NCBI GenBank assembly: GCA_030744875.1
Contig: JASLPR010000003.1
Span: forward strand, 3,128-67,127
Length of the DNA: 64,000 bases
Direction: 5' to 3'
From: Chloroflexota bacterium
Lineage (GTDB): Bacteria; Chloroflexota; UBA11872; VXNJ01
The notes beneath the pieces are model-generated. The model was given only the letters and a program-made list of their open reading frames with translations, made no database searches and was not told the origin of the DNA. Below are positions 29,385 to 38,685 of the stretch, one piece after another. The position numbers were made by a program, and so were the translations under genes. The first letter of the stretch is position 1; every line of letters begins with the position of its first letter.

Positions 29385-31139
29385 TCAGGCGACCGCCGGG
29401 ACGCGGAGGTATTCGAAGACGCGATCGACCATCTGGCGGAAGATCGGCGAGGCGACCCGCGAACCCCAGGTGCCGGTGCGCGGTTTGTCGATCTTGACCG
29501 AGATCAGAACCTGCGGATTCTCGCGCGGGCCGAAGCCAATGTAGCTGGCGATGGTCTGCTCGGGGAGCAGTCCGCCGCCGGCGGCGGAGATTTCGGCGGT
29601 GCCGGTCTTTCCGACAGTCGAATAGCGCAACCGGAGCGCCCGGTTGCCGGGGATGGAGTGCTCGGCCTGGTACATCATGTCGATGAGGGTGCGGCTGGTG
29701 GTGGGGCGCAGGACGCGCCGGATTTCGGTGATGGCGGGATTTACAACGTTGCCAGCGGCGGTGGCGATACGACCGACGGTCCGCGGGCGCAGCAGTAGGC
29801 CGCCGTTGGCGACCGCACTGAATGCCATCGCCATCTGGATCGGGGTGGTGGAGATGCTCTGGCCGAAGGAATTGGCTGCCAGGTCGGAGGGATACCACGA
29901 AAGCGAGCCGCGCGCCTTGAGAATGCCGCGTACTTCGCCGGCCAGGTCGATGCCGCTGGTCTCACCGAAACCGAAGGCGCGGATGTAGTCATAGTAAGCG
30001 TCGGCGCCGAGCTGATCGGCGACGAAGATGGCCCCGGTGTTGGAGGAGTTGGCGAGGACGCTGACCATGTCCTGGTTGGGATAGGTGCGCTCGTCCCAGT
30101 TCTTGAACTCGAGTCCCCAATACTCATAGACGCCGGGCAGATTGTGGCGGCTGCCGGGGCCGATGACGCCGGCGTCGAGCCCGGCGGCCATAGTCATGAT
30201 CTTGAACGTGGAGCCCGGGTCGTAGATAAGCGAGACGGCCGGGTTGATGAAGTTCTCACCAATCTCGGAGTAGGTGTCGAGCCGGGTCGGGTTGAAGGTG
30301 GGGCGGTTGGCCATACCGAGGATGTCGCCGGAGCGGGGATCGACGACCAGGATGGAGCCGGAACTGGAACCGAAACGCGCGAGCGCGCCTTCGAGTTCCT
30401 GCTCGGCGATACGCTGGATGGTGCGGTCCATCGTCAGGATCAGGGTGGCGCCGTTGACCGGGGGGAGTGGGTCGTAGTTGCCGACCGGAATGGTGCGACC
30501 GCGCGGGTCCTGGTCGGAGATCACGAGTCCGGGACGGCCGGTGAGTTCCTGATCGTAGAAGGATTCGACGCCGTAGTGCCCCTTGCCGGCGCCGTCGACA
30601 AAACCGATGAGATGGGCGCCGAGGAAGTTGCCGGGATAGACCCGGCGGGCGACGGGCTCGAGCCGAAATCCGCCGATCTCACCACGGCGCATTGACTGGC
30701 GGATCTGCGCGCTCTGGTCGGGATCGAGATCTTCGGCGACGACGACGTAGGCCACTGAGGGGTCGCCGATCTTGGCCATGATCTGCTCGTAGGGGACATC
30801 GAGGACTTTGGCGAGGTAGCGGGCGACGTCGGCGGTGTCGTACTCGGTGATGACATTTGGCGAACCGATGAGACGGTCGACCTGCATCGAGAGCGCCATG
30901 GCGGTGCCGTCACGGCTGAGGATGGCGCCGCGCCGGGAGGCGATGATCTGTTCGTTGCGCTGCTGGACGCCGGCGGTGGCAGCCAGGTCGCCGGCTTCGA
31001 GGACCTGCCAGTTGGCGAGGCGCTCGCCGGTGGCGGCAGCCATGGCCGCCCCGATCGCGCCGAGGATCAGCAGGCGACGGCCGAAACGCGGCGCGCCGGT
31101 GGCTTTGCTCCCCGGGTTCTTCGGCGAAGTGGTGGCCAC
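29385..31139 (-). CDS. ftsI: penicillin-binding protein 2/3 class transpeptidase (FtsI-like)
   Basis: 584-aa ORF with an N-terminal TM anchor, a PBP dimerisation domain, and STFK, SSN and KTGT motifs. Confidence 0.9.
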   Translation of the reverse strand: MATTSPKNPGSKATGAPRFGRRLLILGAIGAAMAAATGERLANWQVLEAGDLAATAGVQQRNEQIIASRRGAILSRDGTAMALSMQVDRLIGSPNVITEYDTADVARYLAKVLDVPYEQIMAKIGDPSVAYVVVAEDLDPDQSAQIRQSMRRGEIGGFRLEPVARRVYPGNFLGAHLIGFVDGAGKGHYGVESFYDQELTGRPGLVISDQDPRGRTIPVGNYDPLPPVNGATLILTMDRTIQRIAEQELEGALARFGSSSGSILVVDPRSGDILGMANRPTFNPTRLDTYSEIGENFINPAVSLIYDPGSTFKIMTMAAGLDAGVIGPGSRHNLPGVYEYWGLEFKNWDERTYPNQDMVSVLANSSNTGAIFVADQLGADAYYDYIRAFGFGETSGIDLAGEVRGILKARGSLSWYPSDLAANSFGQSISTTPIQMAMAFSAVANGGLLLRPRTVGRIATAAGNVVNPAITEIRRVLRPTTSRTLIDMMYQAEHSIPGNRALRLRYSTVGKTGTAEISAAGGGLLPEQTIASYIGFGPRENPQVLISVKIDKPRTGTWGSRVASPIFRQMVDRVFEYLRVPAVA

Positions 31140-31144
31140 GACGC

Positions 31145-31624
31145 CTAGGGAAGTTTGAGAAGGTCTATTTTGTCGCGGACGCCGCTGACGAGGCGCTCGA
31201 CCCAGGTGAGCCGGTCGGGTGCGGGTATCGCAAACCAGGGTGGAGGGGAGAGGTCCACTTCCGGCGGCAGGTCCGGGGCCTGCATAACCCGCACGGCGAC
31301 CGGCTCTTGAAGGTCAAAGTCAAACCGGGCGCGGCGCTCGATCTCGTCGATGTTGTGGAGGGCGGCCAGCTCGGCGTGGAGGGACTCCTGGCGGCGCAGT
31401 TCGATTTCGAGGTTGTAATCGAGTTCGCGAATCTCGCTTCCGGCGACGACCAGGGACTGAATCTGGAGGACGTAGAGCATGGCTAGGACGAAGGCGCCGA
31501 TGAGCAGCGCCAGCAGGATGCGGGTGGGGCGCAGACCGGCGACGGCCGGCAGCGTGAGCCCGCGGATGACGGTGCGCGCCGGGGTGCGCCCGGCTAGGCT
31601 GCCGAGAGCCACGCTAAGCGACAA
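31145..31624 (-). CDS. FtsL-like cell division protein (single TM plus coiled coil)
   Basis: 159-aa ORF with one TM helix (ILLALLIGAFVLAMLYVL) followed by a heptad-like segment. Sits in the canonical slot between rsmH and ftsI. Assignment is by position only. Confidence 0.5.
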   Translation of the reverse strand: MSLSVALGSLAGRTPARTVIRGLTLPAVAGLRPTRILLALLIGAFVLAMLYVLQIQSLVVAGSEIRELDYNLEIELRRQESLHAELAALHNIDEIERRARFDFDLQEPVAVRVMQAPDLPPEVDLSPPPWFAIPAPDRLTWVERLVSGVRDKIDLLKLP

Positions 31625-32558
31625 CGGCGGCGGCGCGCAGGCGAGCGCTGCGGCTGCGCGGGTTGGTGGCGACTTCGTCGGCGCCGGGACGCAGGGGTTT
31701 GGCGGTTAGGATTTCCAGGCGGCCCTCGCGGGCGTGGTCGCGAATGAAATTCTTCACGATTCGGTCTTCGAGGCTGTGGAAGGAGATGACGACGAGACGG
31801 CCGCCGGGGGCGAGGAGGCCGAGCGCGGCGCCGAGGCCAGCGGATAGACTATTAAGTTCCTGATTGACATAAACACGAAGGGCCTGGAAGGTGCGGGTGG
31901 CCGGGTGGGTGCGCCCGCGGTGGCCGAGGATGCCGGCGACGAAGCCGGCGAGGTCGGCGGTTGTGGCGAAGGCCTGGCGGCGGCGGCGGTCGGCGATTTC
32001 GCGGGCGATGCGCCGGGAACGCCGCTCGCCGCCGAACTCGAAAAGGATGTCGGCAAGCTCGGTCTGGGGGGTGCGGGCGATGATGTCGGCGGCGGTGGGC
32101 CCGCCGGAACGGTCGTATCGCATGTCGAGCGGGCCGTCGGACTGGAAGGAGAAGCCGCGCTCGGGGGCGTCGACCTGATCGGAGGAGAAACCGAGGTCGA
32201 AGAGGATGCCGTGGACGCTGCTGATGCCGGCGCGGGCGGCGAATTCGGCAAGCTCGGCGAAGTTGCCGGACCGGGCAGTGAGGCGACCGGCGAAGGACCG
32301 GAGGCGACTGGTAAGGCGGGCGACGGCGTCGGGGTCGCGATCGAGGCAGAGCAGGCGGCCATCGGGTCCGCTGGCCTGAAGGATGGCTTCGGCGTGGCCG
32401 CCGGCCCCTCCGGTTGCATCGACATAAACGCACTCGCTTGCCGGCCGCAGATGAGCCATCACCTCCGCCGTCATGACGGACCGATGAATCGTGCGGTCCC
32501 CCTCGTGTACAACCAAGGTGGCGGATGTGGGGTGAAGGGGAGGCTCTTCACCCCACAT
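31614..32558 (-). CDS. rsmH: 16S rRNA (cytosine1402-N4)-methyltransferase
   Basis: Start at ATG 32556-32558, just after the mraZ stop. H.SVM..EV...L....YVDATGGAGGH and FHSLEDR motifs. Confidence 0.92.
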   Translation of the reverse strand: MWGEEPPLHPTSATLVVHEGDRTIHRSVMTAEVMAHLRPASECVYVDATGGAGGHAEAILQASGPDGRLLCLDRDPDAVARLTSRLRSFAGRLTARSGNFAELAEFAARAGISSVHGILFDLGFSSDQVDAPERGFSFQSDGPLDMRYDRSGGPTAADIIARTPQTELADILFEFGGERRSRRIAREIADRRRRQAFATTADLAGFVAGILGHRGRTHPATRTFQALRVYVNQELNSLSAGLGAALGLLAPGGRLVVISFHSLEDRIVKNFIRDHAREGRLEILTAKPLRPGADEVATNPRSRSARLRAAAVVA

Positions 32559-32565
32559 CGCAGCC

Positions 32566-33012
32566 CTAGGTTGAAGGAACGGAGCGGGAACCGGCTTCGG
32601 CCATGAAGTCGGCCGCCTGTTCGTCGAGCAGGCTTTTCTGCCGCTCCCACTCCTCAATGCTCCAAATTTCTATACGATCGCCCGCGCCGACGACGGCGAC
32701 ATCCTTCTCGATGCCGACGGCGGCCCGGAGGCCGGCCGGTATGACGAGACGCCCTTGCTTGTCGAAGCCGCAATCCTCGGCGGTGGCGAACAATTGGCGG
32801 CGGGCGTTGCGACCGGCGACGGTCAGTACGTCGGTGTCGCCGACCCGGCCCGCGCGGGCGTCCCATTCTTCGGGGGGGTAGAAGTCGAGGCACTTTTCAA
32901 TGCCCTGGGCCAGGACCCCGCCGTCGGGTGTCAGCTCGCGGAATCTACTGGGCATGGTGAGCCGGCCCTTGGAATCGAGCGAGTGAAGATGTGTGCCCAT
33001 ATAGGACTTCAT
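32566..33012 (-). CDS. mraZ: transcriptional regulator MraZ
   Basis: MKSYMGTHLHSLDSKGRLTMPSRFR, plus a second D.QGRL.IP repeat. Start chosen at ATG 33010-33012 (148 aa). ATG 33000 is also possible. Confidence 0.9.
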   Translation of the reverse strand: MKSYMGTHLHSLDSKGRLTMPSRFRELTPDGGVLAQGIEKCLDFYPPEEWDARAGRVGDTDVLTVAGRNARRQLFATAEDCGFDKQGRLVIPAGLRAAVGIEKDVAVVGAGDRIEIWSIEEWERQKSLLDEQAADFMAEAGSRSVPST

Positions 33013-33053
33013 TATTGGCGGTGGGCGGTCGCGAAGCTTGTCGAGCAGCGATT

Positions 33054-33078
33054 CCCACTTTCCCCCACCTTTTGACAC
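33054..33078 (-). promoter_or_regulatory. MraZ-type operator: three direct pentamer repeats at 10-bp spacing
   Basis: The minus strand reads GTGTC-aaaag-GTGGG-ggaaa-GTGGG. Plus-strand CCCAC lies at 33054-58 and 33064-68, and GACAC at 33074-78. The site is 42-66 nt upstream of the mraZ ATG. Confidence 0.55.
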
Positions 33079-33100
33079 TTTTGGACGCCATGTGCCGGGT

Positions 33101-33129
33101 ATTGCACCACATTACCCCCTTTGCGTCAA
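33101..33129 (-). promoter_or_regulatory. candidate mraZ/dcw promoter
   Basis: The minus strand reads TTGACG-N17-TGCAAT with TGg immediately upstream of the -10 (extended -10-like). The -35 lies at 33124-33129 and the -10 at 33101-33106, in a locally AT-richer region. Confidence 0.4.
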
Positions 33130-33324
33130 GCAATCTGGTTAGAATTTTCCGGGAAATGACCGGATATCGCGGACTGAGTAGCCATTCTACAAGGAAAAGT
33201 GTCACTCCGGGGATTCATCTGGCAACGTGGGGTTGAAGGTGGGGAAGAGTGGGGGATCTTCCGGAAGCCGGATTCCTAGCCGGCGGACGGGGAGTAGGCT
33301 GGCGGCGTGGCGGCCGGGGCGCGG

Positions 33325-33756
33325 CTAGATCGGTAGGTCGTCGTCGGCGCGCAGGTCCAGGATTTCGTTGGCCAGCCTGTCGGCCTGGTCGTTGCCGCTG
33401 CGCTTGATGTGGTTGAAGGTAACGCTTTCGAGTCGGGCGGCGGCGTTCTGGACTTGAATGGCGAGGGCTTTGAGCTTCGCGTCTTTGATCTTGTACTGGC
33501 CGCTGAGCTGACGGACGACCAGCTCGCTGTCGAGCCGGAACTCGACGTGCTGGTGGCCCTGGACGTAGGCGGCCAGCAGCGCGGCGAGCACCGCCTTGTA
33601 CTCGGCCTGATTGTTGGTGAGGTGGCCCAGGTAGAGCGAAATGCGGCCGACCGGGTCACCGTTGGCGTCCCAAATCATGACGCCGGCGGAGGATTCGCCG
33701 GGATTGCCGCGGCTGGCGCCGTCGGTGTAGATGAAGACCTTTGCGGATTCGTCCAT
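33325..33756 (-). CDS. rnhA: ribonuclease HI
   Basis: 143-aa ORF. IYTDGASRGNPG, NN.AEY.A and N..AD.LA catalytic DEDD-type motifs. Confidence 0.85.
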   Translation of the reverse strand: MDESAKVFIYTDGASRGNPGESSAGVMIWDANGDPVGRISLYLGHLTNNQAEYKAVLAALLAAYVQGHQHVEFRLDSELVVRQLSGQYKIKDAKLKALAIQVQNAAARLESVTFNHIKRSGNDQADRLANEILDLRADDDLPI

Positions 33757-33961
33757 GGATGAATGGGCCGGTCGGGTTGGGCGGAGTTCGGTGGCAATGG
33801 TACACGCCCCACCGGTCGCCGGCGTGATTCGCGCATGGCGCGGGACGGGGGATATAGGTAGGGTAGGGGTCCGGGTTTCGGGAGTAGCAGAGAGTTCCAG
33901 GAAATGGCCGGCCGGCGAGTACCCGCTGAGCGGTCACATAGGTGTACAGGAGGCCAGTGCA

Positions 33962-35083
33962 ATGGCTGCACGATCAGGCGGACTGCGCGGCGCGACGGTA
34001 GCGGATTCGACGATCTGCTTTATCGACGGCCAGGAAGGGATTCTCGAGTATTTCGGCTACCCGATTCAGGCCTTGGCCGAGCACTCGACGTTTGAAGAAG
34101 TGGTGTTCCTGCTATGGAACGGCCGCCTGCCGACGGAATCGGAACTGGCGGCGCTGGACGCCGAGCTAAAGGAAAACCGCGACGTGCCGGTGGCGATCTG
34201 GGATCTGGGACGATCTTTGCCGGCGGGTGTTGTGCCGATGGAGACGCTGCGGACGGCGGTGTCGGTGCTGTCGGCGTTCGATCCGGACGGCGATGACAAC
34301 TCGGTGGAGGCGAGCAAGCGGAAGGCGACACGGATCCAGGCGAAGGCGCCGACGATCATCGCCGGGTTGTACCGGATTTCGCAGGGGAATGACCCGGTGG
34401 AGCCGGACAAGAGCCTGAGCATCGCGGCGGATTTCCTGCGGATGCTGAACGGGGAGGCGCCCTCTGAAACGGCGGCGAAGTCGCTCGACGTGGGCCTGGT
34501 GCTGCACGCGGAGCACGAGCTGAATGCTTCAACGTTCACGGCGCGGGTGATCGCGGCGACGGCGTCGGATATGTATTCAGCGACGGCGGGGGCGCTGGGG
34601 GCGCTGAAGGGCCCGCTGCACGGTGGGGCGAATATGGCGGCGATCCACATGCTGGAGGAGATCGGCAAGCCGGAGGCGGCCGAGGCCTATGTGATGGAGA
34701 AGCTGGACCGCCACGAGCTGATTTTCGGATTCGGGCACGCGGTGTACAAGACGACCGATCCGCGGGCGGCGTTCCTGAAGGTGATGTCGGAGAAGTTGGG
34801 GATCGAGAGCGGCAACACCAACTACTACGACATCTCGGTGATCATGGAAGAGGTGTTGATGCGGGAGAAGGGCCTGAACGCGAACGTCGATTTCTACTCG
34901 GCGTCGGTGTACTGGGACCTGGGTATCCCGATTGACCTGTTTACGCCGATCTTCGGGATGAGCCGGATGTCAGGCTGGGCGGCCCACATCCTGGAGCAGT
35001 ACGACATCGCGAAGCTGATCCGCCCGCGGCTGAACTACGTCGGTGAGCACGGCGTGGAGTACGTGTCGATCGCGGAGCGCTAG
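33962..35083 (+). CDS. citrate synthase (small, type I / 2-methylcitrate synthase-like)
   Basis: Start at ATG 33962, preceded by GGAGG. 373 aa. LHAEHE.NAST, GPLHGGA and GFGH.VYK motifs. The stop shares a CTAG with the convergent MFS gene (35080-35083). Confidence 0.93.
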   Translation: MAARSGGLRGATVADSTICFIDGQEGILEYFGYPIQALAEHSTFEEVVFLLWNGRLPTESELAALDAELKENRDVPVAIWDLGRSLPAGVVPMETLRTAVSVLSAFDPDGDDNSVEASKRKATRIQAKAPTIIAGLYRISQGNDPVEPDKSLSIAADFLRMLNGEAPSETAAKSLDVGLVLHAEHELNASTFTARVIAATASDMYSATAGALGALKGPLHGGANMAAIHMLEEIGKPEAAEAYVMEKLDRHELIFGFGHAVYKTTDPRAAFLKVMSEKLGIESGNTNYYDISVIMEEVLMREKGLNANVDFYSASVYWDLGIPIDLFTPIFGMSRMSGWAAHILEQYDIAKLIRPRLNYVGEHGVEYVSIAER

Positions 35084-36540
35084 CTCCCGGAAGGCGGGTC
35101 GGAACGGGCGGGCCAGCCGAGGATGTAGCCGTCTTCGCGCAGCGTGATCGGGGCCGCCGGGTCGGCCTCGACCGGCGCGGTGACGCGGCCGCGGGCGCTG
35201 GCCAGGACCGCGGCCACCAGTAGCGCCCCGGCGCAGCCGAAGTAGCCGGCGGCGAAGCCGGATTGCAGGGCGGCGGGGGGGGCGTCGAGGACGGTTCCGG
35301 CGCCGGCGGCGATCAGCACGACGGTGGCGAAGACGGCGCCCCAGATGGCCTGGCCGGAGGCGAAGGCAAAGGTGCGTGACCAGGCCAGGAAACCGCCGGC
35401 GAGGCCGAGCTTGCTGCGCGGCAGGGAGCCCATGATGGAACTGGAGTTGGGGGACATGAAGAGCCCCTGGCCGAAGCCAAGCAGAAGGAGCCTGGGGATG
35501 ATGCTGGTGAAGGAGGTGTCGGGCTCAATGAACGCGAAGCTGGCCATGGCGGTGGCCATCATGAGCAGCCCGATGGTGGCCGGAATGCGGGGCCCGTAGC
35601 GGTCGGCGAGCGCGCCGCCGACCATGGCCAGGGAGATGCTGCCGACCGGGATGAGCGACATCATGAAACCGGATTCGGCGACGGTGAGGCCGAGGAGGTC
35701 TTGCAGCAGGAACGGAGTGAGCAGGATGCTGCCGGCGATGGCGATGAAGGTCAGGATGGCGATGAGGACGGAGAGGCTGAAGAGCCGGACGCGGAAGATG
35801 GACAGGCTGACGATGGGGTGGCGGATGCGGACCTGGGAAAAGATGAAGGCGGCGAACGCGGCGATGACGACTGCGGTAAGAGAAAGGATCAGGGGGGAGT
35901 CCCAGCCCTGGTCGTTGCCCTGGTTGAGAAGGTATACGAGCGGGGCGATCCAGAGCATGACGAGGATCGCGCCGAGGGTGTCAAAGCGTTCGTTGCGGAT
36001 GCGGCCGGTTTCGCGGACGAGGAAGGAGCCGGCAATCAATGCCAGGAGCGCGATGGGGACCGGCAGGATGAAGATGTAGCGCCAGCCGAGGGTGTCGGTG
36101 ACGAGGCCGCCGACGACCGGGCCGACCAGCAGGCCGACGGAGACGATGCTGCCGTTGAGTCCCATTGCCCGGCCGCGCTCCCTGGCAGGGAACGCTCCGA
36201 CGATGAGACCGGCGCCGGTGGACTGCAACATGGCCGCGCCGATGCTCTGGAAGATGCGCGCGGCGATCAGGTAGCCGAGCCCGGGACTCAGGAAACTGAG
36301 CAGTCCGCCGATGCCGAAGAATGCGAAGCCGGTGAGCGAGATGCGCTTGCGGCCGACCAGGTCGGAGAGGCGGCCGAAGGGCAGCATGAGACCGTTCATG
36401 CCGATCAGGTAGGCGAGCGCGATCCACTGCACCGCCAGCAGGTCGGCGTCGATGCTCTTGGCGATTCGCGGGAGGGAGATGTTGACGCTGCTGGCGTCGA
36501 GGGTGGCGATGAAGACGCCGGTGCCGACGACGAGCACCAC
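35080..36540 (-). CDS. MFS transporter (14-TMS DHA2/EmrB-QacA-like)
   Basis: 486-aa highly hydrophobic ORF. G.L.D..GR+ motif between TM2 and TM3. Confidence 0.8.
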   Translation of the reverse strand: MVLVVGTGVFIATLDASSVNISLPRIAKSIDADLLAVQWIALAYLIGMNGLMLPFGRLSDLVGRKRISLTGFAFFGIGGLLSFLSPGLGYLIAARIFQSIGAAMLQSTGAGLIVGAFPARERGRAMGLNGSIVSVGLLVGPVVGGLVTDTLGWRYIFILPVPIALLALIAGSFLVRETGRIRNERFDTLGAILVMLWIAPLVYLLNQGNDQGWDSPLILSLTAVVIAAFAAFIFSQVRIRHPIVSLSIFRVRLFSLSVLIAILTFIAIAGSILLTPFLLQDLLGLTVAESGFMMSLIPVGSISLAMVGGALADRYGPRIPATIGLLMMATAMASFAFIEPDTSFTSIIPRLLLLGFGQGLFMSPNSSSIMGSLPRSKLGLAGGFLAWSRTFAFASGQAIWGAVFATVVLIAAGAGTVLDAPPAALQSGFAAGYFGCAGALLVAAVLASARGRVTAPVEADPAAPITLREDGYILGWPARSDPPSGS

Positions 36541-36705
36541 GGCCCACTTGTAGCGCGGGCCGGGGACATCTTGAACGGATGCGATCGTACAAGCCCTCTT
36601 TGGCCGACTGCTGCGGAGGCCGGCGACTTAAGCCTAGTGGGTGGGGGGCGGTGGGCAAAGTTGATCGAGGCCGACGCCGGCGCGCTGCCGGTGTGAATTG
36701 CGATG

Positions 36706-36739
36706 GCCGCCGGCCCGGTGGGAGAACCGGGCCGGCGGC
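36706..36739 (-). terminator. perfect 13-bp GC hairpin 6 nt after the TadG-like stop (terminator-like, no U-tract)
   Basis: GCCGCCGGCCCGG-8 nt loop-CCGGGCCGGCGGC. No T-run follows on the minus strand, so its function is uncertain. Confidence 0.35.
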
Positions 36740-36744
36740 GACCG

Positions 36745-37665
36745 CTACTCGACCAGCCGGGTCACCCGGGGGGAGAGCGGGTTTGCGGAAAGCGGACCCA
36801 GCTGGCCCTCGATGACGGTGTTGATGAAGGCGCCGGTGAGCTCGCCGCCGCTCCACGAGGAAGGCCGGCCCTCGACGTAAAACATGGCGAAGCCGGTGAT
36901 GGTTACGTCGGAACGTCCCTGTTGCGGTTGGGTGACGATGGGAATGGTGATGATGCGGGGATTGTCGTCGTCAATGCCCTTGAGGGTGCCGTCGGGGTTG
37001 ACCAGGTCGGTCCAGCTGTAGTCGGGGTCGGCGCCGATGCATTGCGTGAGACCGGTGACCGTGGGGCCGACCATGTTGCCGGGTTCCATGTCGATGGTTT
37101 CGCCGACGGAGAAGCTGTCGCTAGTGCCGGTGACGATGTTGTCGCGGTAGTCGCTGGCGCCGCTGCCGCCGAGGGCGAGGGCGTTGTAGTTGCCGCCTTC
37201 GCCGTCGCCGAACTTGATGTCGTAGGCCTAGCCGAATTCAAATTCGCCGACCGGGATGACCAGGCCGAACGGGACCAGTCCGTCGGTGCCGACCAGGGAA
37301 CCGACGACGGCCGCGGTGCTGGCTGCGACATCGGCGGAGTCAATGCCGATGAGCGGGGCGAAGAAGAAGTCGACGGTTTCGGTGGGAGCCACACAGATGG
37401 TGTCGTTGGTGGTCCAGGTGGAGGAAATGGTGATCTCGGCCGGGTCGAGCGTGAGCGCGTTGAGGCCGGCGAACTGGGCGGCGATCGCCGCCGCGTCGGC
37501 GGCGTTCTGAACCTGCACGCGGCGGACGTAGCCGAGCCCGGCATCGAGCGCCAGCGCTCCCATGCCGCCCAGGGCGACGAACGCGAGCGCGAAGATGATG
37601 AGGGCGGAGCCGCCGCCGTGCCGCAACCTTCGCCGGATCGTCGTTAGGCAAGGGATGGGCATCAT
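36745..37665 (-). pseudogene. TadG-like (Flp pilus assembly TadE/G-like N-terminus) protein interrupted by in-frame TAG
   Basis: Track ORFs 37228..37665 (GGSALIIFALAFVALGGMGALALDAG, Tad-like N-terminus) and 36745..37089 are in the same frame (37665, 37230 and 37089 are all 0 mod 3). The only interruption is TAG at 37228-37230 (...EFEFG*AYDIKFGDGEGGNYNALALGG...). Confidence 0.68.
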
Positions 37666-37937
37666 TTGAGCCGCCCGGTGGCGCTGGCCGTGACCGTGAT
37701 GACCGTGACCGCCGCCGGGTCGAGCGTGGCGGCCGCCCCGCGGGTGGCGGCTTCGATGTCGGCGGCCGGCGCGCCGACCGCGCCGGTGCGGGCGCCGAAT
37801 GCCGCCGCGTTGGTTATCTCAAGCCACGGTTGAAACCCGCGGCCAAACTCGACGATGCCGAACAACAACGCCAGTACAAGCGGCGTGATGAGTGCGAATT
37901 CGACCAGGCTCTGCCCGCCGTCGCGCCGCCGCGCCAC
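37662..37937 (-). CDS. TadE-like pseudopilin
   Basis: 91-aa ORF with a GTG start. GGQSLVEFALITPLVLALLFGIVEFG is the TadE family N-terminal motif. 4-nt overlap with the TadG-like gene. Confidence 0.7.
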   Translation of the reverse strand: MARRRDGGQSLVEFALITPLVLALLFGIVEFGRGFQPWLEITNAAAFGARTGAVGAPAADIEAATRGAAATLDPAAVTVITVTASATGRLK

Positions 37938-38238
37938 GGCCCCGGCCGCCGGGGTCGCCCGGATTGATCCTTCCTAAAACAGCAGAAGAACCCGTTCCCT
38001 CCGGGCCTACCGGGAGAAACGGGCTCGCGCGCATTTCGATTCGGCAACCCGGCCGGCTCAATGAGCCCTGTGGTTTTGCGTCCCTGCCTCACGGCGGGTT
38101 TGCCTTTGTCGCTGAACGGCGAATCGCCGCTCGCGTATCACTTTAGCCGATGCGCTGGGGCGGGTTTTGTAAGGCGGTTTACAGAACGGGAAACGGACGG
38201 AGCGGGGAGAGGTGGGAGGGGGATGGGCGAGGGGCGGG

Positions 38239-38673
38239 CTAGAGGTGGCGCGCGAGGTCGAGGAGAATGTCAACCAGGCGGTCGGCGTCGCGATCGTTGA
38301 AGTTGTCGTCGATGCCGAGCGCCGCGCCGCGGCCGGCGGCTTCGAGGTCGAGCCCGCGGACCGTTGCCAGGTCGTCGTGAAGCTCTTCGACGAGGTCGTC
38401 GGGGAGGCGGTGGACCAGCGCCGCTAGCGGTATTTCGATGCGCGGACGGGGATGGTTGCGGTCGGCCAGGTAGACCCAGAGCAGCGGCAGGCGGCGGCCT
38501 TCCCAATCCACCTGCAGGGCGAGGCCGCGCGCCGTGGCGTGTAGCCGGCCGCCAGCCGCCCGCCAGCGGCGGATGGCCGGGGTGAGCGCCAGGCGCGGGC
38601 CGGAGCCGAGCGCCTGGAGTAGCGGGTGGAGCGCCGGATCGAGACGGTCGGAGCCGGTCTCGGCGTGGCTCAT
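38239..38673 (-). CDS. hypothetical protein
   Basis: 144-aa ORF with coding-like GC3 bias, 12 nt downstream of the CoA-transferase B gene. No family recognised. Confidence 0.4.
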   Translation of the reverse strand: MSHAETGSDRLDPALHPLLQALGSGPRLALTPAIRRWRAAGGRLHATARGLALQVDWEGRRLPLLWVYLADRNHPRPRIEIPLAALVHRLPDDLVEELHDDLATVRGLDLEAAGRGAALGIDDNFNDRDADRLVDILLDLARHL

Positions 38674-38685
38674 GGCCCGGGGCGC

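Noticed and set aside
37938-38238. Search for a Flp/Fap pilin gene or structured RNA in the 300-bp spacer upstream of the TadE-like gene.
   Set aside because: Translating all minus-strand frames gives only Arg-rich short ORFs, with no G-x-x-x-x-E-Y-type hydrophobic pilin. The imperfect hairpin at 37991-38023 is too weak for me to call a terminator or ncRNA.
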